Below, one piece after another: positions 28,242-38,102 of a stretch of DNA of 64,000 nt (position 1 is the first letter of the stretch; every line of letters begins with the position of its first letter). The DNA is from Candidatus Palauibacter sp. (GTDB lineage Bacteria > Gemmatimonadota > Gemmatimonadetes > Palauibacterales > Palauibacteraceae). Below the pieces are notes generated by a model. That model was not told the origin of the DNA, did not search any database, and worked only from the letters and a program-made list of their open reading frames with translations. The DNA is taken from contig NZ_OZ250143.1 in the NCBI RefSeq assembly GCF_965237495.1, positions 515,918-579,917 on the forward strand, read 5' to 3'. The position numbers were made by a program, and so were the translations under genes.

Positions 28242-29981
28242 CTACTCGCTTGTTTTAGGGCAGTTGCCTCCGCTCACTCCGGCCGGGCGGGGCGCGACCG
28301 CGGCGCCCTCCCAGTCGGGGTCGGCGGCGCCGATCCAGGTGCCCGTCACGGCGTCGTACTGAAGGCCGTGGATGCGCCCGAACGCGCCCGGCCGCGGGGT
28401 GGCCGTGATGTCGAACCCCATGTCGCGGAACGCCTCGACCGACGCCTCCGACCAGCCGTCCTCCGGCCCCGCCTCCACCGCGAAGCCGGCGAGTCCCTCG
28501 GGTCCCATGTCCGGGTGCACGCGCGGGGCCGCGAGGGCGGCCGGGAGCGCGAGACCGTCGTCGATGACCCGCGTCACCGCCTGGACGACCGCCGAGACGA
28601 TCCGGATGCCCCCCGCGGCTCCGAGCACGAGGAGCGGTTCGCCGTCGTCGAGCACCATCAAGGGGGTGATCCCGGAGCGGGCGCGCTCCCCCGGCTCGCT
28701 GATCCCGAGGTAGCCGCCCAGCGTCACCGCGTAGAGGAAGCCGAGTCCGGGCGTCGCGACCTTCGCGCCCATGCCGGGGCCGATCGTCTGCGTGAGGGCG
28801 ACCGCCATCCCGTTCCCGTCGGCCGCCGACAGGTGCGTCGTGTGACCCTCATCCGGCGGCAGCCACAGATCACGATCTCCCGCGGCGAGCGCGAGGCTGA
28901 GGGGGGACATCGCCGCCCCGGACCGCGAGCCCGATTCCATGGTGGCCGCGGAGGGCACCCGCACCTGCTGGGCCAGTTCGCGCGCGAAGGCCTTGGACGT
29001 TACGCGTACGGCCGAGGAGTCGGAACTGTCCCGCCGGTATTCCGTCATCGCGAGGGCCAGCGACTGGGCGATGACCGAGGCCCACGCCTCGTCGCTCATG
29101 CTGTCGGGATCGAAGACCTCCGCGATGTGGAGGGCGAGGATCGCGATGGCTCCCGACGCCGGGATGTCCGAACCGACCATCTCGAAGCCCCGGTAGGAAC
29201 CCCGCACGATCCGGGAGTCCTCGGCCCGGTACGTGTCCAGCGCCTCGAGGGTCAGGAAGCCGCCATTGGCCGCCATGTCCGCGGCGATGCGGTCGGCGAT
29301 CCCGCCGCGGTAGAAGGCGTCGCCCCCGCCCAGTGAAATCGCCCTCAGCGTCGCGGCCATGTCGGACTGCACGAGCCGCTCCCCAGGGCCGTAGGGCGAT
29401 CCGTCAGGCTTCAGGTAGTAGCGCCGCGCGCCCTCGGATTCGGCGACCTGCGCCCGCGAGCCGGCCTGACGGCGGGCTTCACCCGGCAGCAGCCGGAAAC
29501 CGTGCTCCGCGTAGTCGATCGCCGGGGCCATGACCGTGGTCAGCGGCAGCGAGCCGTACTCCTCATGCAGCCGCATGAGCCCCGCGACGGTTCCCGGCAC
29601 GCCGACCGTGGCGTATCCGTACGCGGCGCTCGGCGCCGTGGCGGGGTCGTATCCGAGCGGGACCGAGGTCGTTCCGTCGATGCCGGCGACCTCGCCGTCC
29701 GGGGTCCGGATGAGGATCTGGTTCCGCCCCCCGATGCTGTTCATGCTCGGTTCGACCACGGAGATCGCGAAGGCCGCGGCGACGGCGGCATCGGCGGCGT
29801 TGCCCCCGAGTTCCAGCATGCGTGCGCCGGCGGCCGCCGCCAACGGCTGCGCGGCGGCGACGACCCCGTCCCCGGATCGCGCCACCTGGGCCGCGCTCTG
29901 CGCCATCAGGACGACCGGCAGCGTCGCGAACGCGAGTACGGTGACGACGGTCGCGGTGTACACCCGGATGCGTGGTTTCAT
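28242..29981 (-). CDS. ggt: Gamma-glutamyltranspeptidase, secreted
   Basis: Signal peptide, then catalytic-Thr region GHTTHLSAADGNGMAVALTQTIG, and ITPLMVLDDGEPLLVLGAAGG. 579 aa. Confidence 0.9.
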   Translation of the reverse strand: MKPRIRVYTATVVTVLAFATLPVVLMAQSAAQVARSGDGVVAAAQPLAAAAGARMLELGGNAADAAVAAAFAISVVEPSMNSIGGRNQILIRTPDGEVAGIDGTTSVPLGYDPATAPSAAYGYATVGVPGTVAGLMRLHEEYGSLPLTTVMAPAIDYAEHGFRLLPGEARRQAGSRAQVAESEGARRYYLKPDGSPYGPGERLVQSDMAATLRAISLGGGDAFYRGGIADRIAADMAANGGFLTLEALDTYRAEDSRIVRGSYRGFEMVGSDIPASGAIAILALHIAEVFDPDSMSDEAWASVIAQSLALAMTEYRRDSSDSSAVRVTSKAFARELAQQVRVPSAATMESGSRSGAAMSPLSLALAAGDRDLWLPPDEGHTTHLSAADGNGMAVALTQTIGPGMGAKVATPGLGFLYAVTLGGYLGISEPGERARSGITPLMVLDDGEPLLVLGAAGGIRIVSAVVQAVTRVIDDGLALPAALAAPRVHPDMGPEGLAGFAVEAGPEDGWSEASVEAFRDMGFDITATPRPGAFGRIHGLQYDAVTGTWIGAADPDWEGAAVAPRPAGVSGGNCPKTSE

Positions 29982-30143
29982 CTCTCCTCCGTCGCTCCAC
30001 CTCTCGAATCACGCGGCCCCGTTGCCAACGGTCACGAGCCGGGGGCGCAAACTTGCGGTCGATCCGGCTCGTGACTAGTGTCCGGCCCCCGTTGACAAAA
30101 ACGTTAAACCTTCCTGACAACTTCCTCACGACTGCGGGAGATC

Positions 30144-30869
30144 ATGATGGTCGCGAAATCGGGAGCCGCCCCGGCCGCCCTCGCCGGCGACCCGGGCATG
30201 GAGGCGACGCCGAAGGCCGGGAGGGCGCCGGAACCGCCGGGGACCGAGCAGAAGATCTTCGACGCGGCGCTCGAGGTGTTCGCCCGCAAGGGGCGGGATG
30301 GCGCGCGGCTCCAGGAGATCGCGGACCGCGCGGCGATCAATCGCGCCCTGCTGCACTACTACTTCCGCACCAAGGAGCAGCTGTACGAGGCCGTATTCGC
30401 GCACGGCTGCCGCCAGTTCATGACCGGGTTGAGCCAGTCGCTGCGGGCGGAGCAGGGGTTCGAGGACAGCCTGCGCGCGTTCGTGTACGGATACATCGAA
30501 TACATCTACGAACATCAGGACATGGCCCGCCTCATGCTGAGCGAGTGTCTGTGCGGCGGCGGGGTGCTCGAGCGACACCTGACCACCGCGATGGAGGCAC
30601 GTGAGGAAGTGCCGGGGCTCCTTCTGGAGGACAGGATGCGGACGGCAATGGCCGCGGGGGAGATCCGGGAGGTCGACCTGCGGCACACGCTGCTCACGAT
30701 CGTTTCCGCGTGCCTGTTTCCGTTCGTCGCGCTGCCGACGGTGCGACTCTTCCATTCGCGGGCCGTGGAGAACTTCGATCGGTTCCTGCAGGAGCGGAAG
30801 GCGCACATCGTCGACCTCCTGCTCGGGGGGCTGCGCCCGGCCCCCGCCCGGGAGGAGGCGCGCGCATGA
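30144..30869 (+). CDS. TetR/AcrR-family transcriptional regulator
   Basis: HTH region EQKIFDAALEVFARKGRDGARLQEIADRAAINRALLHYYF. First gene of the efflux operon. A TTGACA -35-like hexamer sits at 30091-30096. Confidence 0.85.
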   Translation: MMVAKSGAAPAALAGDPGMEATPKAGRAPEPPGTEQKIFDAALEVFARKGRDGARLQEIADRAAINRALLHYYFRTKEQLYEAVFAHGCRQFMTGLSQSLRAEQGFEDSLRAFVYGYIEYIYEHQDMARLMLSECLCGGGVLERHLTTAMEAREEVPGLLLEDRMRTAMAAGEIREVDLRHTLLTIVSACLFPFVALPTVRLFHSRAVENFDRFLQERKAHIVDLLLGGLRPAPAREEARA

Positions 30870-32410
30870 GAACGTTCCTGCGGCGCGGCGCCGGACTGCT
30901 CCTGCTGGCGACGGCGAGCGCCTGTTCGCTCGCTCCGGCGCCCCGCATGCCCGCCACGGTGGTGGAGATGCCCGAGGCCTACGATGTAGAGGCTCCGCCC
31001 GCCGAGGTCGAACCCGAAGCGCTCGCCTGGTGGCGCGCGTTCGACGATCCGACGCTGGACCGCCTGATCGAGACCGCCCTCACCCGGAACCTCGACCTGC
31101 GGGAGGCGATCGCGCGGCTCGAGGAACTGCGGCATCGCTACCGGATCGCGCGGGCGCCGCTCTTCCCGGCGCTGAGCCTGAGCGGAGACGCCAACCGGTC
31201 GAGCACCCCGGCGAATACCGGACTCGGCTCCCAGTTCGGCGGCGACGACGACGGAGCGGGCGACGGGGATGGCGGGTTCCCGGGGCTGGGGTTCGCCTTC
31301 CCCGACCGCTTCGAGTTCACCACCTATTCCGCCTCGCTCGGCTTCTCGTACGAACTCGACTTCTGGGGGCGTCTGCGGAACGAGTCGGGTGCCGCCGTGC
31401 GGGATTTCCTCGCCTCGCGAGGGGATGCCGAAACGGTGCGTCTCACGGTCATCGGCTCGACGATCTCGACGTATCTCGAGGTCGTCTCCACGCGCGCCCA
31501 GCTCGCCATCGCCGAGGACAACGTGGACCTGCTGAGGGAACGCGCGGAACTCACCCGGGAGCGATATCAGGCCGGCCTCACGAACACCTTCGAACTGTAC
31601 GCGATCCGGCAGCAGTACCGGACCGCCGAATCGAATCTTCCGGGGCTGCGCACGGCGTTGGACGACGCGGAGGGCCGTCTCGCGCTTATCCTGGGACGCT
31701 ACGCGGGGACGATCGATGACCTGCTGCCGGCCGGCCTCGCGCCGGCGATCGACCCGACGCCGATCCCCGCCGGGCTGCCGATGTCGCTGCTCGAGGCGCG
31801 GCCCGACGTGATGGCCGCCTTCGAGCGCGTCGAGGCGGCCCGCCTGCGCGTGGGGGCGCGCCGCGCGGACCTGCTCCCGTCCATCTCCCTGAACGCTTCG
31901 GGGGGCTTCCAGTCGGCCGAGGCGGAGAACCTGTTCTACGTCGACCAGTGGTTCGGGAACCTGATCGGCGGCATCGTCGCGCCGATCTTCCAGGGGGGCC
32001 GGCTGCGGGCGAACCTCGGTGCGGCCGGGGCGCAGTACGACCAGGCCCTCATCGCCTACGCGCGCACGGTGCTCGGCGCCTACCGGGAAGTGCGGACGAG
32101 CCTGCGGCAGTTCGAGAACGAACGGGAACGCTACGCGCAGGTGATGGAACAGGTCGCGGATGCCCGAGCGTCGCTCGAGAACCAGCTCGAGCGCTACCAG
32201 AGCGGGGTCGGGGACTACGTCGAGTACCTGGATGCGAGGGTCAACCTGAACGGGGCCGAGACGACGCGGGTGCTCGCCGAACGCGGGTTCGGCGAGGCGC
32301 GGCTCGCCGTCCACCGCGCCCTGGGCGGCGCGTGGGTGGCGGAGGATGTCGAAGAAGTCGACATGAGCGACAACGAGGGCGGAGCGCAGACGCTCCCCGA
32401 TCTAAGATAG
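30866..32410 (+). CDS. RND efflux outer-membrane factor lipoprotein (NodT/TolC family)
   Basis: Lipoprotein signal LLLLATASAC. Two OEP repeats. ATGA overlap with tetR. Confidence 0.85.
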   Translation: MRTFLRRGAGLLLLATASACSLAPAPRMPATVVEMPEAYDVEAPPAEVEPEALAWWRAFDDPTLDRLIETALTRNLDLREAIARLEELRHRYRIARAPLFPALSLSGDANRSSTPANTGLGSQFGGDDDGAGDGDGGFPGLGFAFPDRFEFTTYSASLGFSYELDFWGRLRNESGAAVRDFLASRGDAETVRLTVIGSTISTYLEVVSTRAQLAIAEDNVDLLRERAELTRERYQAGLTNTFELYAIRQQYRTAESNLPGLRTALDDAEGRLALILGRYAGTIDDLLPAGLAPAIDPTPIPAGLPMSLLEARPDVMAAFERVEAARLRVGARRADLLPSISLNASGGFQSAEAENLFYVDQWFGNLIGGIVAPIFQGGRLRANLGAAGAQYDQALIAYARTVLGAYREVRTSLRQFENERERYAQVMEQVADARASLENQLERYQSGVGDYVEYLDARVNLNGAETTRVLAERGFGEARLAVHRALGGAWVAEDVEEVDMSDNEGGAQTLPDLR

Positions 32411-32419
32411 GGCGGAGAG

Positions 32420-33766
32420 ATGGAAGACGGAACGCGACAGACGCTGTACTGGGCCGAGGAGGCGGAGGCACCCGCCTCGCGGCCGGGATTGCTGAAGCGG
32501 CTGGGACAGGGGGCGATCGTCATCGGTGTGGGGGTGCTCGGTTTCGCGCTCCTGTTCGGGATGCGCGCCGAGCCGGCGGAGGTGGAACCGCCGCGGGTGA
32601 TCCCCACGGTGAGCACGGTGCCCGCCCGCGTGACGCAGGGGGCGATCAAGGTGCGGGGCGGCGGCACCGTGCGGCCCAGCGCCGAAGTCACGATCGCGCC
32701 GCAGGTCGGCGGACGCGTGATCTGGGCGTCGCCCGCCCTCGTCAGCGGTGGGCGCTTCCTCGAGGGCGAGCCGCTCCTGCGCGTGGATCCGGCGGACTAC
32801 GAGAATGCCGTGGAGGCGGCGGACGCGGATGTCGCCCAGCGCGAGGTGGCCCTCCTGGAGGCCGAGGAGAACGCGCGGCTGGCGCTCGATGAATGGGCGC
32901 GGCTCGCCGCCCGCGAGAACCTCGATCCGACGCCGCCCAACGCGCTCGTCACGCGGCAACCGCAACTGGGTGCGGCGAGGGCCGCCCTCAGGAGCGCCGC
33001 GGCGAGGCTGGACGACACGCGGCTGGCACTTGAACGGACGTGGATCCGGGCGCCGTTCAACGGGATCGTGCGCGAGGAGACGGTGGACCTCGGGCAGTTC
33101 GTCGCGGCCGGGCAGTCGGTCGGCCGCCTGTACGCGACGGACGAGGTGGAGATCGTCGTGCCGCTGAGCGACAACGAGGCGGCGCTGATCGAGCGCCTGT
33201 GGAGCGCGCGGGCGGGAGAGGCCGAAACCCGGATCCCGGTCGGAATCACCTCGGAGTACGGGGGGGTCGAGTACGCATGGTCCGGATACGTGGACCGCGC
33301 GGAAGCGGCGCTCGACGAGCAGACGCGCACCGTCGACGTGGTGGTCCGGGTTCCCGAGCCGTTCACGCCCATCGAGGATGAGCCTCACCGGCCTCCGCTC
33401 CTGATCGGCAGCTACGCGACCGTGGACATCGAAGGGACGAGCTTCGAGGAGTACGCCGTCGTCCCCGCCGGCGCCGTGCGCGACGGCGACGTGCTGTGGA
33501 CGGTGCAGGACGACACGCTGCTCGTCATGACGCCGGTCGAGCCGATCCAGGAGGTGGATGACGAGGCGATGGTGCTCGGATCGATCGCCGACGGGACTCC
33601 GGTCATCGTATCGATGCTCGTCTTCGTCACCGATGGCATGACCGTGCAGCCGGTGCAGTTCCTCGAGAGCGCGCAGAGCTGGGACGCGGCACCCGCGGGC
33701 GCCACCGAACCCGAAGGCACCGCCGATCCCGAGGGCACCGCCGATCGCGAAGGAGTCGGCTCATGA
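32420..33766 (+). CDS. RND efflux membrane fusion protein (periplasmic adaptor)
   Basis: N-terminal TM segment, then coiled-coil hairpin, lipoyl and beta-barrel segments typical of the HlyD/AcrA family. Confidence 0.85.
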   Translation: MEDGTRQTLYWAEEAEAPASRPGLLKRLGQGAIVIGVGVLGFALLFGMRAEPAEVEPPRVIPTVSTVPARVTQGAIKVRGGGTVRPSAEVTIAPQVGGRVIWASPALVSGGRFLEGEPLLRVDPADYENAVEAADADVAQREVALLEAEENARLALDEWARLAARENLDPTPPNALVTRQPQLGAARAALRSAAARLDDTRLALERTWIRAPFNGIVREETVDLGQFVAAGQSVGRLYATDEVEIVVPLSDNEAALIERLWSARAGEAETRIPVGITSEYGGVEYAWSGYVDRAEAALDEQTRTVDVVVRVPEPFTPIEDEPHRPPLLIGSYATVDIEGTSFEEYAVVPAGAVRDGDVLWTVQDDTLLVMTPVEPIQEVDDEAMVLGSIADGTPVIVSMLVFVTDGMTVQPVQFLESAQSWDAAPAGATEPEGTADPEGTADREGVGS

Positions 33767-36700
33767 GGGGCGCCATCGCATGGATGGCCAACCACGGCGT
33801 CGCCGCCAACCTGCTCATGGTGCTCATCATCGTGGCGGGCATCGTGAGCCTCGTGAACCTGCCGCAGGAGACCTTCCCTGAGATCTCTCTGGACACGATC
33901 CAGATCCGGGTCCAGTACCCCGGCGCCTCTCCCGACGAAGTCGAGCAGGCGATCGTGCAGCGGATCGAGGAGCGCATCTCCGGTATTCAGGGCATCGACC
34001 GCATCACGGGCGCGGCCTCGCAGAACGTGGGGGTCGTGATGGCCGAACTCGCGCTCGGCACGGACCAGTCTCGAACGTTGGACGAGATCAAGTCCGCCGT
34101 CGACCGGATCACGAGTTTCCCCCTCGATGCGGAGGAGCCCGAGGTCGTCGCGCTCACCGCCGAGAGTGGCGTCGTGGACATCGCGATCTTCGGGGATGCC
34201 CCCGAGCGGACCCTCAAGGAGATCGCGAACCGGGTCAAGGACGACCTCACCTCGCTGCCGACGATCTCCCTCGTGCGCGTCTCCGGCGTCCGGCAGTACG
34301 AGATCTCCATCGAAGTCTCGAAGGATGCCCTGCGCGCGCACGGTCTCACGCTCGACGAAGTCTCGGCGGCCGTACGTCGCGGCAGTCTCGACCTGCCCGG
34401 CGGGAGCGTCGAGACCGATCGCGAGGAAATCCTCGTTCACATCCGGGGACAGAACTACACCCGGTCGGACTTCGCGGACATCATCGTGCGGGCGAGCGTC
34501 GACGGCTCGATGCTCCGCCTCGATGACATCGCCGACATCCAGGATGGATTCGAGAACAACGACCTCATCAACGCCTACAACGGGGAGCCGACGGCCTTCG
34601 TCAAGGTCATGAGGACGGGGGACGAGCGCGTCCTGGAGATCGTCGATGTCGTCGAACGCTACCTGCAGGATGAACTGGCCGGCTCGCTGCCGCGGGGCGT
34701 CGAGTACAGCATCTGGCGCAGCGAAGCCGAATACCTGCAGAGCCGGATCGACCTCCTCATCAAGAACGGCCGGCTCGGTCTGATTCTCGTCCTCGTGGCG
34801 CTGGCCCTCTTCCTCGACCTGCGCCTCGCGTTCTGGACGGCGGTCGGGATCGGCCTCTCCTTCGCGGGCGTGTTCGCGGTGATGGGGTGGTTCGGCATCT
34901 CCATCAACATGATGGCGCTGTTCGGCTTCATCCTCGCGATCGGGATCGTGGTGGACGACGCGATCGTGGTGGGGGAGAACATCTTCGCGGAACGCGAAAA
35001 GGGGACGCCCGGGCTGCGGGCGGCCATACGGGGCACGCGGCGCGTGTCCGTGCCGGTGATTTTCGCCGTGCTCACGACCGTGGCGGCGTTCACCCCGCTG
35101 CTCTTCGTTCCCGGGAGCCTCGGGAAGTTCCTCTACGTGATCCCCGCCATCGTGATCTCGGTGCTCGTGCTGTCGCTCGTCGAGGTCCTGTTCATCCTCC
35201 CGTATCACCTCTCGCACCTGCCGGCGCCGGGCGCGCACCGTGCGAAGAAGGGACTGCTGGGACCGGTGTACCGCCTCCAGGCGCTCGTGCAGACGCGGCT
35301 GCAGCGCTTCATCGATGGCCCGCTGGAGCGCTCGGTACGATTCGCGGTACGGCGCCCGGGGCTGATTGTGCTGGGGGCCCTCTCCTCCCTGTTGCTCGTG
35401 GCGGGACTCGTCGCGGGACGCCACCTGCGGTTCAGCCTCCTCCCCGTGATCGAGGGCGAGGAGGTCGTCGCCTACATCGAGATGGCCGAGGGGACGACGA
35501 GCGAGCGCACATTGGAAGTCGCCAGCTACGTGGAGCGCGAGGGATACGCGGCGGTCGCGGAACTCGAGGCGGGGCTGCCGGAGGACGAACCGCCGCTGAT
35601 CGAGGCGACCTTCACGAGCGTCGGGGAGCGGCCTTCGATGGCGGGAGGGCCCAGCATGAGCGCGGAGGCCAGCTTCATCCAGTCGAACATCGCCGAAGTC
35701 AGCCTGCGATTGTCCGACCCGGAGATCCGCAGCGTGCCGGCCATTGAAGTGGAGCGGGCGTGGAGGGAGCGCGTGGGCCCCGTCGCCGGCACCCGCGAAC
35801 TCACCTTCAGTTCCGTCCTCATCGACCTCGGGTCGCCCGTGCAGGTGGAGCTGTCGCATCCCGACACGGCGATGCTGAACTCGGCCGTTCCCGAACTGGT
35901 CTCCCGCCTGACGCGCATCGCCGGGGTGACGGAGGTCCGCGACGACCAGAGCCGGGGCAAGCGGGAGCTGGAGCTGGAACTCAAGCCCGCCGCGCGAACG
36001 CTCGGGATCACGCTCGATGACCTCGCGCGCCAGGTGCGCGGAGCCTTCTTCGGGAACGAGGTCTATCGACTGCAGCGCGGCCGCGACGAGGTGCGCGTGT
36101 ACGTCCGGCTTCCCGACTCGGAACGGAACACGCTCGCCGACCTGCGGGACTACCGGATCAGGACGCCGACGGGCGGCGAGGCGCCGCTGTCGGAGGTCGC
36201 GGATGTCTCGTTCGGCGTGGCCTCATCGACGATCAACCGGATCGATGGACGCCGCATCGCGACGGTCACGGCGGATGTGGACGCCGCCGTCATCACGGGT
36301 CAGGAAGTCAACACGGAGATCACGTCGGCGATCCTGCCGGAGCTTCAGACCCGGTTCCCGGGCCTGCGCTACGGGTTCGGCGGGGAGCAGAGACAGCAGA
36401 CCCTGGCGTTCGAGGGGCTCGCGCGCGGCTTCGCGCTCGCCCTGCTCGCGATCTACGCGCTCCTCGCCATCCCGTTCCGGTCTTACGTGCAGCCGCTCGT
36501 CATCATGGCCTCGATTCCGCTGGGGCTCGTCGGCGCGGCGCTCGGGCATCTCATCATGGGACTCGATATCGGCATGCTCTCCATGTTCGGCATCGTGGGC
36601 CTTTCGGGCGTGGTCGTGAACGACTCGCTCGTCCTCATCGATTTCATCAACGAACGGCAGCGCGCGGGACTCCCCATGGCGGAGGCCATCGTGCAGGGGG

Positions 36701-36996
36701 CCAAGGTCCGCTTCCGCCCGATCATGCTGACCTCCGTGACCACGTTCCTGGGGGTGTCGCCGATCATCCTCGAGCGCAGCACGCAGGCGCAGTTCCTCTC
36801 CCCGATGGCGGTGAGTCTGGGCTTCGGGATCCTGTTCGCGACCTTCATCATCATGCTCGCCGTGCCGGCGCTGGCGATGATGAACCACACGCTCACGCTC
36901 CGGGTAAGGCGGGCGATCGGGCGCGGCGGCCGGCGTGAGCCGGAACTCGGTCTGGCCACGGGCGGGCTCGAACCCCCGCCGCCGCTGCATCCCTGA
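33763..36996 (+). CDS. RND efflux permease (AcrB/HAE1 family)
   Basis: 1077 aa with 12 TM segments, two large periplasmic loops and conserved AcrB motifs such as GIVVDDAIVVGENI. Confidence 0.95.
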   Translation: MRGAIAWMANHGVAANLLMVLIIVAGIVSLVNLPQETFPEISLDTIQIRVQYPGASPDEVEQAIVQRIEERISGIQGIDRITGAASQNVGVVMAELALGTDQSRTLDEIKSAVDRITSFPLDAEEPEVVALTAESGVVDIAIFGDAPERTLKEIANRVKDDLTSLPTISLVRVSGVRQYEISIEVSKDALRAHGLTLDEVSAAVRRGSLDLPGGSVETDREEILVHIRGQNYTRSDFADIIVRASVDGSMLRLDDIADIQDGFENNDLINAYNGEPTAFVKVMRTGDERVLEIVDVVERYLQDELAGSLPRGVEYSIWRSEAEYLQSRIDLLIKNGRLGLILVLVALALFLDLRLAFWTAVGIGLSFAGVFAVMGWFGISINMMALFGFILAIGIVVDDAIVVGENIFAEREKGTPGLRAAIRGTRRVSVPVIFAVLTTVAAFTPLLFVPGSLGKFLYVIPAIVISVLVLSLVEVLFILPYHLSHLPAPGAHRAKKGLLGPVYRLQALVQTRLQRFIDGPLERSVRFAVRRPGLIVLGALSSLLLVAGLVAGRHLRFSLLPVIEGEEVVAYIEMAEGTTSERTLEVASYVEREGYAAVAELEAGLPEDEPPLIEATFTSVGERPSMAGGPSMSAEASFIQSNIAEVSLRLSDPEIRSVPAIEVERAWRERVGPVAGTRELTFSSVLIDLGSPVQVELSHPDTAMLNSAVPELVSRLTRIAGVTEVRDDQSRGKRELELELKPAARTLGITLDDLARQVRGAFFGNEVYRLQRGRDEVRVYVRLPDSERNTLADLRDYRIRTPTGGEAPLSEVADVSFGVASSTINRIDGRRIATVTADVDAAVITGQEVNTEITSAILPELQTRFPGLRYGFGGEQRQQTLAFEGLARGFALALLAIYALLAIPFRSYVQPLVIMASIPLGLVGAALGHLIMGLDIGMLSMFGIVGLSGVVVNDSLVLIDFINERQRAGLPMAEAIVQGAKVRFRPIMLTSVTTFLGVSPIILERSTQAQFLSPMAVSLGFGILFATFIIMLAVPALAMMNHTLTLRVRRAIGRGGRREPELGLATGGLEPPPPLHP

Positions 36997-37003
36997 GGCC
37001 GGC

Positions 37004-37612
37004 GTGGAACTCGCGCGCGCGGGCGGTCCATTGCGGGAGCTGAACGTCGAATGGCAGGACTTCGACGTGACGCGGGAGGCGCGCGAGGCGCTCAAGCTGC
37101 AGCGCGCGCAGTGCCTGTGGCTGACGGGGCTGCCGGCGTCCGGGAAGTCCACGATCGCGAACCTGCTCGAGAGGCGGCTCACGGCGGAGGGCCGCCACAC
37201 CTATCTCCTGGACGGCGACAACCTCCGCCACGGCCTCAACCGGGACCTGGGGTTCGCGGAAACGGACCGGGAGGAGAACATCCGGCGCGTGGCCGAGGTA
37301 GCGCGTCTGATGGTCGATGCCGGCCTGATCGTGATCGTCGCGCTCATCAGTCCGTTCCGGGCGGGGCGGGACTACGCGCGCAACCTGTTCGAACCCGGCG
37401 AGTTCCAGGAGATCTTCGTGGACGCCTCGCCGGCCACCTGCGCGGCACGGGACCCCAAGGGGCTCTACGCCCGGGCGCGGCGGGGAGAGATCCGGAACCT
37501 GACCGGCGTGGACGGCCCCTACGAACGGCCCGAGCGGCCCGAACTCCGGCTGGATACCGAGGAGCGTTCGCCGGAGGCGTGCGTCGAACTCGTCGTGGCC
37601 GAGTTCACGTAG
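37004..37612 (+). CDS. cysC: Adenylylsulfate (APS) kinase
   Basis: P-loop LWLTGLPASGKSTIA, LLDGDNLRHGLNRDLGF and ENIRRVAEVARLMVDAGLIVIVALISP. GTG at 37004 lies just after the RND stop. Confidence 0.85.
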   Translation: MELARAGGPLRELNVEWQDFDVTREAREALKLQRAQCLWLTGLPASGKSTIANLLERRLTAEGRHTYLLDGDNLRHGLNRDLGFAETDREENIRRVAEVARLMVDAGLIVIVALISPFRAGRDYARNLFEPGEFQEIFVDASPATCAARDPKGLYARARRGEIRNLTGVDGPYERPERPELRLDTEERSPEACVELVVAEFT

Positions 37613-38102
37613 GGCTTCGGCCCGGTCCGGGAGAAGTCAGGCTTCTCACGCGGGCGCAGGCGGCCAGATCCTCGTTCGGGGCGCTGGCCTCGGCGGGGAG
37701 GCGGTTCTCGAGAGCCAAGAACACGGGCCCGGTCCAGTCGCGCGGGCTCGGGTCGAACCGGAAGCGGGCGCGGCTGACGACCTCTACGGCCCACACGTCC
37801 GGCCCCTCGCGCTCGACGAAGACACCGACGACTTCGCCCTGGTCCGCTTCGAGGGCCATCTCCTCCGGGGCCTCGATCTCGGGCTCGTAGCTGTGGGCGA
37901 GCACGAAGCCGTTCCCCACGTTCTCCCGCTCGATGACGAGCCCGGCGTAGCGGACGGCCTCCACGACGCCCTCCCACAGCGCCTCGTATTCGAGCCGGTA
38001 GCAGCGGGCGAGGCCGGTCCCCCGGTACTCCAGTACGCTCCCCGTCGCGAGACACCCCGCCGCGACCAGTCCAGCGAGCGGCGCCGCGACGGCCAGCCGC
38101 AT
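37605..38102 (-). CDS. Hypothetical lipoprotein
   Basis: MRLAVAAPLAGLVAAGC lipobox signal. Confidence 0.5.
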   Translation of the reverse strand: MRLAVAAPLAGLVAAGCLATGSVLEYRGTGLARCYRLEYEALWEGVVEAVRYAGLVIERENVGNGFVLAHSYEPEIEAPEEMALEADQGEVVGVFVEREGPDVWAVEVVSRARFRFDPSPRDWTGPVFLALENRLPAEASAPNEDLAACARVRSLTSPGPGRSPT

